DNA of 64,000 bases from Anaerolineaceae bacterium. GTDB taxonomy: Bacteria > Chloroflexota > Anaerolineae > Anaerolineales > Anaerolineaceae. The stretch's first letter is position 1; every line of letters begins with the position of its first letter. The notes beneath the pieces were generated by a model, which saw only the letters and a program-made list of their open reading frames with translations, had not been told where the DNA came from and did not search any database. The position numbers and the translations under genes are program-made. This document shows, piece by piece, positions 36,268-45,705 of the stretch. Location of the stretch: positions 258,067-322,066 of the forward strand of contig JARKPB010000003.1 in the NCBI GenBank assembly GCA_029975475.1. Reading direction: 5' to 3'.

Positions 36268-38730
36268 ATGTCTGATTCCAGAAAAGAATTCTTCATCGGC
36301 AGAATTTTCGACTCCAAGAATGGAAAGGTCACCGAGGAAAATGTCTTTTATGACCCGGCAGACCTCACCACCCACGGAATCGTGACTGGCATGACCGGGT
36401 CTGGCAAGACCGGTCTGTGTATCGCCATGCTTGAAGAAGCCGCTTTGCAGAAGATCCCGGCGATTATCATTGACCCGAAAGGCGATCTGACCAATTTACT
36501 GCTGCATTTCCCGGAGCTGCGCCCGCAGGACTTTCAACCCTGGCTCGACCCGGAATCCGCCCGCCGGGAGGGGAAGGAACTGGACGCGCTGGCAAAAGAA
36601 ACCGCCGAAAACTGGAAAAACGGCCTGGCTTCCTGGGGACTGGGCCGCGAGGACCTGATCGCGCTGGGTCAGGCGGCGGATTTTGAAATCTTCACCCCGG
36701 GTTCAACCGCCGGCAGCCCGGTCAGCATTTTATCTTCTTTCGCCCTGCCCGATCTCTCCTGGGAAGAGAACAAAGAACTGCTCCGCGAAAAAATCTCCAC
36801 GACCATCACCGCCGTGCTTGGGCTGGTCGGCATGAACAACATTGACCCCCTGCGGTCAAAAGAACACATTCTGCTGTCGAACATTCTTGAAAACGCCTGG
36901 ATCAACGGACATTCGCTCAGCCTGACCGACCTGATCATGCAGACTCAGGATCCCCCCTTTGATCGCCTGGGAGCCTTTCCGGTCGACAACCTCTTTCCCC
37001 AAAAAGAGCGGTTTGAGCTGGCCATGCTGCTCAATAATTTTCTGGCTTCACCATCTTTTCAGACCTGGCTGGAGGGCGTTCCGCTGGATATTGGGAATAT
37101 GCTGTTTTCGCCCGCAGGAAAGCCGCGCCACAACATCTTTTATATCGCCCACCTCAACGAGAGCGAGCGCATGTTTTTTGTAACCCTGCTGTTCGCCGCT
37201 GTGGAATCCTGGATGCGGGCCCAGCGCGGCACCAGCGCGCTGCGCGCTCTGGTCTACTTTGATGAAATCATGGGCTACCTGCCGCCAGTGGCCAACCCGC
37301 CCTCGCGCACGATCATGCTGCGCATGTTGAAACAGGCGCGCGCGTTCGGCGTGGGACTGCTGCTGGCCACCCAAAACCCCGTGGATGTGGACTACAAAGC
37401 GCTTTCGAATGCCGGCACCTGGCTGATCGGCCGCCTGCAAACGGATCAGGATAAACAGCGCCTGCTGGACGGTCTGCAGAGCGCGGCCGGCAATGTAGAC
37501 CGCCAGGTCTACGACCGCCTGATCTCCGGCTTAAAAAAGCGCGTCTTTTTGCTGCACAATGTGCACAATCCCGCGCCGGTGTTGCTGAGCAGCCGCTGGG
37601 CGATGAATTTTCTGGCCGGTCCGCTGACCCGCGAGCAGCTGCGCGATATGAAACCGCTGCAAAATCCATTATCCACCGCAGGGCAAAGCACCAGTCAGGT
37701 GGCCGCCGTTACCGGCGCTGCTGCTTCCAGCCGGGTTCAGCCGCTCAGCGGGCCTTCAGCCAGCCCGACCGGCAGGATCAGCAGCGCGAAACCCGCCGTT
37801 CCCGCCGGTCTGACGGAGTACTTTTACCCGCCAACCGCCCCATCGTCCGCGGGGAGCAAACCCGCAGCCATACTTTACCGCCCGGCCTTGCTGGCTCAGA
37901 GCGAAGTGCGCTACCTGAACCGCACCCTTAATCTCGATACCTCCCGCCGGTTGGCCGCGCTGGTCACCAACCTCAACGCCAATTACATCACCTGGGAAGA
38001 TCACGCCTGGGAGGCGCTGGACCCCAAATCGCTGCACGGCCAGCCGCTGCCCAACGCACAGTTCAGCGAACTCCCCGGCTGGCTGGCTGACGCGCGCCGG
38101 GTGCAATCCTATCAGAAGGATTTTGACGAATGGGTGTACCGCAATTCAGCCATCCGCCTGCGCAGCAATAAAGCCCTGGGGGTCAACGCCGGTCCTGAAA
38201 TGGCTCAGGGCGAGTTCATGAAACTGTGCAGCGAGGCCGCCCGCAAGCAGGCGGATCTGGAAATAGAAAAGGTCAAAAAGACCTTTACCGCCCGGGCAGC
38301 CGCGCTGGAGAAAAAGATCACCCTGCAGCAGCACGAGGTCAAAGAACAGCAGCAGGAAGTTGATCAACGCCGAATGGAGGAGCTGGGCGCGGGCGGCAAC
38401 CTGCTGCTTGGCTTGCTCACCGGCCGCCGGCGCAATATCAACACCAACCTCACCAAACGCCGCCTGACGAGCAAATCGGTCGCCCAGCTGGAAGGCGAAC
38501 AGAAAGAGCTGGATCTGCTGCTTAAAGAGCAGGCTGAGCTTCAGGCGCAGTTAGCCGCGGCGATAAAAGAAATTGAGGACCGCTGGGGCGACAAAGTCAT
38601 GGAAATCAGCGAAACCCCGCTCGCCCCGCAAAAAAAGGATATCTATTCGGATCTGTTCGGCATTGTCTGGCTGCCGTATTATATGAACGACGGACAGGAA
38701 ATCCCCGCTTTCGCGGCCGTGCAGCGGTAA
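36268..38730 (+). CDS. HerA/FtsK-superfamily P-loop ATPase (DUF87/DUF853-like) with a long C-terminal coiled-coil extension
   Basis: Walker A GIVTGMTGSGKTGLCIAMLEE. IIDPKGDL. Walker B ALVYFDEIMGY. LLLATQNPVDVDYKALSNAGTWLIGRLQTDQD. The C-terminal ~300 aa includes heptad-rich KQADLEIEKVKKTFTARAAALEKKITLQQHEVKEQQQEVDQRR. Confidence 0.7.
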   Translation: MSDSRKEFFIGRIFDSKNGKVTEENVFYDPADLTTHGIVTGMTGSGKTGLCIAMLEEAALQKIPAIIIDPKGDLTNLLLHFPELRPQDFQPWLDPESARREGKELDALAKETAENWKNGLASWGLGREDLIALGQAADFEIFTPGSTAGSPVSILSSFALPDLSWEENKELLREKISTTITAVLGLVGMNNIDPLRSKEHILLSNILENAWINGHSLSLTDLIMQTQDPPFDRLGAFPVDNLFPQKERFELAMLLNNFLASPSFQTWLEGVPLDIGNMLFSPAGKPRHNIFYIAHLNESERMFFVTLLFAAVESWMRAQRGTSALRALVYFDEIMGYLPPVANPPSRTIMLRMLKQARAFGVGLLLATQNPVDVDYKALSNAGTWLIGRLQTDQDKQRLLDGLQSAAGNVDRQVYDRLISGLKKRVFLLHNVHNPAPVLLSSRWAMNFLAGPLTREQLRDMKPLQNPLSTAGQSTSQVAAVTGAAASSRVQPLSGPSASPTGRISSAKPAVPAGLTEYFYPPTAPSSAGSKPAAILYRPALLAQSEVRYLNRTLNLDTSRRLAALVTNLNANYITWEDHAWEALDPKSLHGQPLPNAQFSELPGWLADARRVQSYQKDFDEWVYRNSAIRLRSNKALGVNAGPEMAQGEFMKLCSEAARKQADLEIEKVKKTFTARAAALEKKITLQQHEVKEQQQEVDQRRMEELGAGGNLLLGLLTGRRRNINTNLTKRRLTSKSVAQLEGEQKELDLLLKEQAELQAQLAAAIKEIEDRWGDKVMEISETPLAPQKKDIYSDLFGIVWLPYYMNDGQEIPAFAAVQR

Positions 38731-38769
38731 AGACCCGGAGAAATCTAACAAAATTCTGATACAAACCTC

Positions 38770-38798
38770 TTGACAGTGATTCTGCATCCCGCTATACT
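38770..38798 (+). promoter_or_regulatory. Strong sigma70-like promoter for the riboswitch and ATPase
   Basis: TTGACA (38770-38775), 17-nt spacer, TATACT (38793-38798). Confidence 0.65.
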
Positions 38799-38804
38799 CA
38801 ACCT

Positions 38805-38902
38805 GGAATTGGGGAGTAGCGTTCCCGCAAGGGAATCGGTTATCGTCAGTACGGAACAAGTTTCCCGGTAACCTGGATGCGCACGCGTTAGCGAGACCAA
38901 TA
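38805..38902 (+). ncRNA. yybP-ykoY (Mn2+) riboswitch aptamer
   Basis: 5' motif TTGGGGAGTAGCGT (38809-38822). 3' motif GTTAGCGAGACCAA (38887-38900). These match the two conserved halves of the family as I recall them (GGGGAGUAGCGU ... UUAGCAAGACC). The flanking TTGG / CCAA can close P1. Confidence 0.8.
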
Positions 38903-38925
38903 CACCAGCGTGTATTGGTCTTTTT
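38895..38925 (+). terminator. Riboswitch expression-platform terminator
   Basis: Stem GACCAATACAC / GTGTATTGGTC, loop CAGC, then T5. The 5' arm reuses the GACCAA of the aptamer P1 3' strand, so the two structures are mutually exclusive. Confidence 0.75.
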
Positions 38926-38957
38926 GGTTAATCCAGATCTTCAGTGAGGAGAAAACA

Positions 38958-41708
38958 ATGAGCGATCACTGGTTTGAAAAAACACCCGAAGAAGTATTGG
39001 CCGCCACCGGCAGCGACCTGCAAAACGGCCTGAGCAGCGCCGAAGCCGCCACCCGCCAGGCTCAATACGGGCCAAACGAGCTGATTGACCGCGGCACCAA
39101 AAGCCCGTGGAAAATCCTGCTGGAACAGCTTTCCGAAACGATGGTGGTGATCCTGCTGATAGCCGCAGCTATCACCTTTTTTCTGCAGGAATACAAAGAT
39201 GCCATTGCCATCCTGGTGATCGTGATTTTAAACTCTATTCTCGGTTTTACGCAGGAATACCGCGCCGAGCAGGCAATGGCGGCGCTGAAAAAAATGGCCG
39301 TGCCGCGCGTGCGCGTGCGCCGCGACGGGAAAGTGATGGAAATTCGCGCCCAGGAACTGGTTCCGGGCGATATCATCTTCCTGGAAGCCGGAAACGCCGT
39401 GCCTGCTGACGGATCCCTGGTAGAAAGCGCCAATCTGCGCATTCAGGAAGCCGTGCTGACCGGGGAATCAGAACCGGTTGAAAAAGATACCCGGCCGACG
39501 CGCAAAGAAAAACCCGCCCTGGGAGACCAGCACAACCGCATCTTTATGGGCACCCAGGTAACCTACGGCCGCGGCACCGCCGTGATCACCGAAACCGGCA
39601 TGAAAACCGAACTGGGTAAAATCGCGGATATGATCCAGTCCGTTGGCAGCGAAGCGACCCCGCTGCAGAAGCGGCTGTCGCAGCTTGGCAAGAGCCTGGC
39701 GGTTGCCGCACTCGTGATTGTGGTGGTCGTCTTTGCCCTTGGGCTGCTGCGCGGAGAAGACCCGCGCGTCATGTTCCTGACCGCCATCAGCATGGCGGTT
39801 GCCGCCGTCCCGGAAGGCCTGCCGGCGGTGGTAACCATTGCCCTGGCGCTCGGCGCCCAGCGCATGCTCAAACGCAATTCGCTGATTCGCAAGCTCCCCG
39901 CGGTTGAAACCCTCGGCTCGGTTACGACCATTTGCTCAGATAAAACCGGCACACTTACCGAGAACCGCATGACGGTGACGATGATTGATGTGGCCGGCAA
40001 CCGCCTGGATTTGCAGGAAACCTTACGCGAGCACAGCCCGGCGCTGAGCGCGTCCGAATCCACCGCCCCGGTGATTGACCAGAACAGCGCCGTGGCGATC
40101 ATGCTGACCGGAGGCGCGCTGTGCAACGACGCGGTGCTGGAACAGACCGAGCAGGGCTTCGCGGCCGTCGGCGATCCGACCGAGGGGGCGCTGGTCGTGG
40201 CCGCGGTGCGCGCGGGGTTGTGGAAAGACAAACTGGAAGCAGCCATGCCGCGCGTTTCCGAACTGCCCTTCGATTCTGACCGCAAGCGCATGACCACCGT
40301 TCACCGCGTCGCGGCTCCCGAACAGTTACCCGCCGCCCTGCGCAGTCTGCTCGCCTCGCCCAGCCTCGACCCTGGGGCAGCCTACATCGCCATCACCAAA
40401 GGCGCGGTGGATGGATTGCTCGATATATCCGACCGGGTATGGACGGAACAACATATTGAAAAAATGGACCCCGCCTGGCGGCAGCGGATTTTGGATGCCA
40501 ACAATGACCTGGCCCTCAAAGGAATGCGCGTGCTGGGTGTCGCCTTCCGGCAGTGCAGCGAGGAGCAAAGCAAAGCCGCCTGCGAACCGCTGGAGCAAGA
40601 CCTGATCTTTGTCGGGATGTTCGCGATGATTGATCCCGCCCGCCCGGAAGTAAAAGACGCCGTGGCGGTCGCCAAAGGAGCCGGTGTGCGCCCCATCATG
40701 ATCACCGGGGACCACCCGCTAACCGCGCTGTATATCGCCAAAGAACTGGGGATCGCCGAGAATGACGAAGTCATCACCGGAGCTCAACTGACCGAAATGG
40801 ATGACGACACCCTCAAAAAGCGGGTGCTGACAACCTCGGTTTTTGCCCGCGTTTCTCCCGAACACAAACTGCGCATCGTCAAAGCCTTACAGGAGCAGGG
40901 CCAGATCGCCGCGATGACCGGCGACGGCGTCAACGACGCTCCAGCGCTCAAGCGGGCGGATATCGGCGTGGCAATGGGGATCACCGGGACAGACGTCTCC
41001 AAAGAGGCGGCGGACATGGTCTTACTGGATGACAACTTCGCCACGATTGTCTCAGCCGTCCAGGAAGGCCGGCGCATCTACGAAAATATCCGCAAATTTA
41101 TCAAGTACACCATGACGTCCAACTTTGGCGAGATCGTCGTCATGCTCGCCGGTCCGTTCGTCGGTCTGGGCTTACCGTTGCTGCCCTTGCAAATTCTTTG
41201 GGTGAATCTGGTGACCGACGGGCTTCCCGGCCTGGCGCTGACCCAGGAACCGGCGGAACCGGGCACCATGCGCAGACCGCCGCGCAGCCCCAAGGAGCAT
41301 ATCTTCAGCCGCGGCCTGGGACTGGATGTGCTCTGGATCGGCGCACTGATGGGAGCTGCCTCGCTGCTGGTCGGCCTGTGGGCTTTCAACGCCAACCTGA
41401 CACAGACCTGGCAAACCATGGTCTTCACCACCTTGACCCTGGCTCAAATGGGCAACGCCCTCGCCACCCGTTCAGAAAGCCAGACCCTGCTGGAAGCGGG
41501 CATCTTCACCAACAAATCGCTGCTTGGCGCGGTTTTGCTGACCTTTATTCTGCAGATGGCCGTTATTTATGTCCCCTTCCTGCAGGCCATCTTCCGGACG
41601 ACCGCGCTCAATTTGACCGAACTGGCGATCAGCCTTGGCGCCAGTCTGATAGTGCTGCTGGCAATTGACGCGGTTAAGTTAATCAAACGCCGCTTCGCTG
41701 CGCGCTGA
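38958..41708 (+). CDS. P-type cation-transporting ATPase (type II, Ca2+/Mn2+-like)
   Basis: LTGESEPV actuator motif. ICSDKTGTLTEN phosphorylation site. MITGDHPLTA and MTGDGVNDAPALKRADIGVAMG hinge. About 10 TM segments. GAGGAG RBS before the ATG at 38958. Confidence 0.93.
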   Translation: MSDHWFEKTPEEVLAATGSDLQNGLSSAEAATRQAQYGPNELIDRGTKSPWKILLEQLSETMVVILLIAAAITFFLQEYKDAIAILVIVILNSILGFTQEYRAEQAMAALKKMAVPRVRVRRDGKVMEIRAQELVPGDIIFLEAGNAVPADGSLVESANLRIQEAVLTGESEPVEKDTRPTRKEKPALGDQHNRIFMGTQVTYGRGTAVITETGMKTELGKIADMIQSVGSEATPLQKRLSQLGKSLAVAALVIVVVVFALGLLRGEDPRVMFLTAISMAVAAVPEGLPAVVTIALALGAQRMLKRNSLIRKLPAVETLGSVTTICSDKTGTLTENRMTVTMIDVAGNRLDLQETLREHSPALSASESTAPVIDQNSAVAIMLTGGALCNDAVLEQTEQGFAAVGDPTEGALVVAAVRAGLWKDKLEAAMPRVSELPFDSDRKRMTTVHRVAAPEQLPAALRSLLASPSLDPGAAYIAITKGAVDGLLDISDRVWTEQHIEKMDPAWRQRILDANNDLALKGMRVLGVAFRQCSEEQSKAACEPLEQDLIFVGMFAMIDPARPEVKDAVAVAKGAGVRPIMITGDHPLTALYIAKELGIAENDEVITGAQLTEMDDDTLKKRVLTTSVFARVSPEHKLRIVKALQEQGQIAAMTGDGVNDAPALKRADIGVAMGITGTDVSKEAADMVLLDDNFATIVSAVQEGRRIYENIRKFIKYTMTSNFGEIVVMLAGPFVGLGLPLLPLQILWVNLVTDGLPGLALTQEPAEPGTMRRPPRSPKEHIFSRGLGLDVLWIGALMGAASLLVGLWAFNANLTQTWQTMVFTTLTLAQMGNALATRSESQTLLEAGIFTNKSLLGAVLLTFILQMAVIYVPFLQAIFRTTALNLTELAISLGASLIVLLAIDAVKLIKRRFAAR

Positions 41709-41723
41709 TCCGATCATCAAGGA

Positions 41724-41760
41724 CAGAGGCCGTCTGTAAATCAACAGGCGGCCTCTTTTT
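41724..41760 (+). terminator. Intrinsic terminator after the P-type ATPase
   Basis: Stem AGAGGCCGTCTGT / ACAGGCGGCCTCT (one G-U pair), loop AAATCA, then TTTTT. Confidence 0.75.
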
Positions 41761-41902
41761 AACCCGCAGTCATTACCCTCTTGCGAATATCCTTTGGTGC
41801 GCAACGCTCAGCCCGCTGGTCAGCCTGGCTAACCGGGACCGCCCGCTGGATGATGCCTGCCCTGGGATCAGGATCGCATTCATCCCGCCTGGATGTGTAC
41901 GG

Positions 41903-44900
41903 CTAGCCGCCGCCAAGAAATTCAAACGAAATTTTCTTCTGGGCGGCCGAAATGGGACTGAAAGCCTGTTTCAAAATTTCCTGCTGGGTATACCCCAGCC
42001 TGTTGATTTGAACCAGATTTTGCGGCGGCTTTCCCGCTGTAATCGCCTCAATTTGAGCCTGCAGCCGCAGCTGGGTGAGGAACTCGTACGCTGCGGACAT
42101 CTCGTCCCTGGTAGCCGGATGAAGCAGGCCGCGCTCGACCAGCGCTTCCAGACGCTCGAGCGTGTGGGTCTGGCTGAGCTGGTAGCGCAGGCTGTAAAGG
42201 CGCGCGAAGCTCACCAGCGGCATCATGGCGTCTTTCAGATTTAGCTCCCCGGCGCGCTCGCTCGACCCGCTGCCAAGATAGATGTTTCCGGGCAGGCGGA
42301 TGGGCGGCTTGAAGCTGAGCGCGTTTTGCGCCAGGTGATAAAACACAGCATTTTCACCGGACAAAGCCGTGTTGACATACGTCCGCAGAGCAGCCGCCAG
42401 TTCGCTTTCCCCGTACACAGCCCGGAAATCAAAGAAGATGCTGATCTGAAGAATTTCCTCCGGCTCAGATCGGGCCAGCCAGGCGTCAATCCCGTCCTTC
42501 CAGCCCTGCAGAGACCGGCACCAGCGGGGATTCCTGGCCATAACTCCTCCGCGGCAGGCGGCGTAACCGGCTTCTTCCAGACCTTTGCAGACCCATTCGC
42601 CCAGGCGCAGGAAGTACGGCTGAAGCGTTTCTTCTTTTTGCCCGTCTTCAGCCAGAAAAATAATCCCGTTATCCTGGTCTGTAAGCAGGGTTTGTTCCTT
42701 GCGCCCCTGACTGCCCATGGCGATAAAAGCAAACGGCGCCGGCGGCGGCCCAAGAGCATCCAGCCCCAGTTCGATGAACCGCCGGCTGGCCGCATCACAG
42801 GTTGAAGCCAGCATGCCGGTCACATACTGCGGACGCGCGCTGCTCTCCAGCAGCGCCCGCGCCAGCAGCGGCGCTCGCTGGCTGCATTGAACAATTTCCG
42901 CGGCTGATCCCGACCGCTCGATTTCCCGGGTCAGAACGATTGGACCATACCGCCTGAACTGAACCAGAGATTTGCTGTCCACCAGGCCAACGATCCGTCC
43001 ATCCTGGGCTTCCACCGCCAGATGACGGACCCCTCTCTCTTCCATGAGCATCAACGCCTCGTAGAGATGAGCCGTGTCCGCAATTTTTACCAGCGGCGCG
43101 GTCATCACCGCGTGAGCAGGAAGGCTTAAGCTGGCCTGCTCGGCCAGTACCCGAGCGCGCAGGTCGTGATCCGTAACGATCCCAACCGCCGTGCCTGGCT
43201 GGCTTTCAATCAATACCGCGCTGACCTGACGGGCCGACATCAAGCGCGCCAATTGTCCGACCGGTGTATCCATCGGGACGCGCAGCGCGTCCTGACACAG
43301 GCTGGTCACCGTTTCATGCAGGAATAAAAGCGAGGATTGCAGTCTGGCGATGATTTCTTCCTGATTCTGACGCTGCTGAAACTCGCGGGAAACATCCTCC
43401 AGAATACCTGAAACTGCTTCGGGGCTGCCGTCCTCCGCCAGCGCCAGAGCGGCAGAAAGCGCCACCGCCCGGCCGGCGGTTGAGTCACCCTGCGGCTGCA
43501 GCACCAAGCGGAAAACGGTCCCGTCGCGGATTAGTTGACGGTAAAACTCATTGAATGATTCGCGTTCCGGGAATAAATCCGCCAGCGCGCGCGGCTGGCG
43601 AACGCCCAGGACCGAATCCATCAGCGCCCACCCGGCCGGGTTGACCGCCAGGAACGGGCAGCGCCGCTGCGCTCTGGCGCGGAAGATTCCAAGCGGTGCG
43701 GCCAGGGCGGCCATTCCCAGATCCTCCTGGTTCTGATCGGCCGGTTTCCGGCGCACATCCCTGGCCAGCAAAATAAGCCCATCCTGACCGGCGTAATGAA
43801 CCGGGTTAACCGCCAGGATGCATTCCATCAGGCTGCCGTCCGCCCGGCGCAGCAACCCTTCCATCGGTTTTCCGGCCGCCTGCTCGCTTCGGCTGGATAA
43901 ATGGATCTGATCCCAGATGGGTTGATTCTCCTCCTCGAGCGGCAGCACATCTTCCAGTTCTAAAAAGTCCAGCTGATGCGGATGGTAGCCCAGAATTTGC
44001 AGGAAGATCGGGTTGGCGTATCGGCAGCGGCCGTCCAAAACAAATAATGTGCCTTCCGTCGCCGCCTCGACCAGGCTCTGGTAGCGCTCGGTCGATTCCC
44101 TCAGCGTATCCACGACTTCCTGACGCTGCCGCTCAATCCGCAGGCTTTGCTGCAGCACAAACAAGAGCAGCAGCACGATTACCCCGGAGATCGCCAGGAT
44201 GGTGTTCACCAGCCCCTGCTCAATTCGAGCGATTTCAGCCGCGACATCGTCAATATAAATGCCGGTGCCAATAATCCATCCCCACGGTTCAAAACCCTTG
44301 ACATAAGATTCTTTCGGTTCCAGGCGGTTGGGATCGTCCTTCCACTGCCAGACATAATCAATGTAGCCTTCGCCCTGAGACTTTACCAGGCTGGCAAATT
44401 CGACAAAAATGCGAGCCCCGCGCGCATCGGTAAAATTTTTAAGTGACTGGCCGTTCAGGTCAGATCGATAAGGGTGCATGATCATGCGCGGTGAGGTATC
44501 CTGGATCCAGAAATAATCCAGCCCTTCGGGTCCGTAACGCAGCGCCTCGATCCGTTTCGCGGCCTGGCGCTGAGCCTGTTCGAGGGTTAGCTCCCCGCGG
44601 AGCACATCCGCCTGATAAGACGCCAGGATACTCCAGGCTGAATTGGTCAATTCGCGAATCAGCTCGCGCTTCCGATCCATCAGGCTCTGTTCAAAGGAAG
44701 GCATGACAAAGCCCCAGATCACGCCCAAAAACAGGAGAATCGCCGTGAGGGTTGGCAGGAAAATGCGCAAAGCGTATGAACGCCGGCGGAAATGCTGCGG
44801 GGTGGTGCGGTCGTCTGCCGCGCCGCCGGCAGCCGGCGAGGACGGCTTGCTGCGTTCGGCAGCAAAAGCGCCCAGCCCCGGGGAATTCAGCAGCGCAGTT

Positions 44901-45619
44901 CGAAAACGTTCCCAGTCTTCGCGGGGAAAAGCCACCGCGTACGTCTGACGCTCTTTTCCGGCTGTTCCGTGAACATCACTGCCCGCGCTGATGAGAAGAT
45001 GATATTTCTCAGCCAGCTGGCGCAGACGCTCCTGCTGTTCCGGGCTGTAAGGGCTGTAAACCGCTTCAATGCCGTCCAGCCCCAGGTCAACCAGCGCTTT
45101 CAGCACCGCTTCCAGCCGGAGCGGGTCATCAAACACTGTGAAGGGATGCGCCAGGAATGCCAGACCGCCCGCGCAGTGAATCAAGGAAATCGCCTGCTCC
45201 ATTTCAAGATAACCCTGGGGAGCCGCGCTGCCCTCTGCCGGAGCGCGGTCATCCGCGCGGTGAGCGCTGCCCGCTTTGCGCAGCGAACCGGCGATGCTGA
45301 TCACTTCCAGGGTGTGCGTCTGGCGCAGGGATTGCAGCGTGGCCAGCAATTCCGGGTGCTGCGGATCAAAGCCGTATCCCAGCAGGTGGACTTCACGATT
45401 TTGATAACGGGCGGTTAATTCAACCCCGCTTAAGAAGGCGATCCCGTGTTTTTTCAGAGCTTCCTGAAAGCGCGGCAGCCCTTCGAGGCTGTCGTGATCC
45501 GTTAACGCGGCAAAGCGCACCCCGGCGGCGGCCAGGTTAGCGGCCAGGGCTTCAGGGGTCTGATCGCCGTCGCTGAATATTGTGTGGCTGTGAAAATTAA
45601 CCAGGACTGTTTCGCCCAT
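41903..45619 (-). CDS. Multidomain sensor protein: PHP phosphoesterase, TM, sCache, TM, PAS region, CBS pair, DUF294 nucleotidyltransferase plus DUF294_C
   Basis: PHP: VNFHSHTIFSDGD...LTDHDS...AHP...SAGSDVHG. Cache: YFWIQDTSPRMIMHPYRSDLNGQSL...GYIDYVWQWKDDPNRLEPKESYVKGFEPWGWIIGTGIYIDDV, flanked by two TM helices. CBS: GIVTDHDLRARVL...RHLAVEAQDGRIVGLVDSKSLV. NTase: FAFIAMGSQGRKEQTLLTDQDNGIIF. Start trimmed to the ATG at 45619. Confidence 0.75.
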   Translation of the reverse strand: MGETVLVNFHSHTIFSDGDQTPEALAANLAAAGVRFAALTDHDSLEGLPRFQEALKKHGIAFLSGVELTARYQNREVHLLGYGFDPQHPELLATLQSLRQTHTLEVISIAGSLRKAGSAHRADDRAPAEGSAAPQGYLEMEQAISLIHCAGGLAFLAHPFTVFDDPLRLEAVLKALVDLGLDGIEAVYSPYSPEQQERLRQLAEKYHLLISAGSDVHGTAGKERQTYAVAFPREDWERFRTALLNSPGLGAFAAERSKPSSPAAGGAADDRTTPQHFRRRSYALRIFLPTLTAILLFLGVIWGFVMPSFEQSLMDRKRELIRELTNSAWSILASYQADVLRGELTLEQAQRQAAKRIEALRYGPEGLDYFWIQDTSPRMIMHPYRSDLNGQSLKNFTDARGARIFVEFASLVKSQGEGYIDYVWQWKDDPNRLEPKESYVKGFEPWGWIIGTGIYIDDVAAEIARIEQGLVNTILAISGVIVLLLLFVLQQSLRIERQRQEVVDTLRESTERYQSLVEAATEGTLFVLDGRCRYANPIFLQILGYHPHQLDFLELEDVLPLEEENQPIWDQIHLSSRSEQAAGKPMEGLLRRADGSLMECILAVNPVHYAGQDGLILLARDVRRKPADQNQEDLGMAALAAPLGIFRARAQRRCPFLAVNPAGWALMDSVLGVRQPRALADLFPERESFNEFYRQLIRDGTVFRLVLQPQGDSTAGRAVALSAALALAEDGSPEAVSGILEDVSREFQQRQNQEEIIARLQSSLLFLHETVTSLCQDALRVPMDTPVGQLARLMSARQVSAVLIESQPGTAVGIVTDHDLRARVLAEQASLSLPAHAVMTAPLVKIADTAHLYEALMLMEERGVRHLAVEAQDGRIVGLVDSKSLVQFRRYGPIVLTREIERSGSAAEIVQCSQRAPLLARALLESSARPQYVTGMLASTCDAASRRFIELGLDALGPPPAPFAFIAMGSQGRKEQTLLTDQDNGIIFLAEDGQKEETLQPYFLRLGEWVCKGLEEAGYAACRGGVMARNPRWCRSLQGWKDGIDAWLARSEPEEILQISIFFDFRAVYGESELAAALRTYVNTALSGENAVFYHLAQNALSFKPPIRLPGNIYLGSGSSERAGELNLKDAMMPLVSFARLYSLRYQLSQTHTLERLEALVERGLLHPATRDEMSAAYEFLTQLRLQAQIEAITAGKPPQNLVQINRLGYTQQEILKQAFSPISAAQKKISFEFLGGG

Positions 45620-45654
45620 CCAAAAATCCTCGCGCAACCTGTCATTACTATACC

Positions 45655-45697
45655 TTAAAAATCAGGCCGGACGCCCTCCGCGGTCATCCGGCCTGAT
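45655..45697 (-). terminator. Hairpin plus T-run after actP
   Basis: Minus-strand stem ATCAGGCCGGA / TCCGGCCTGAT with a 15-nt loop, followed by TTTT. Confidence 0.5.
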
Positions 45698-45705
45698 CCC
45701 GGTGG

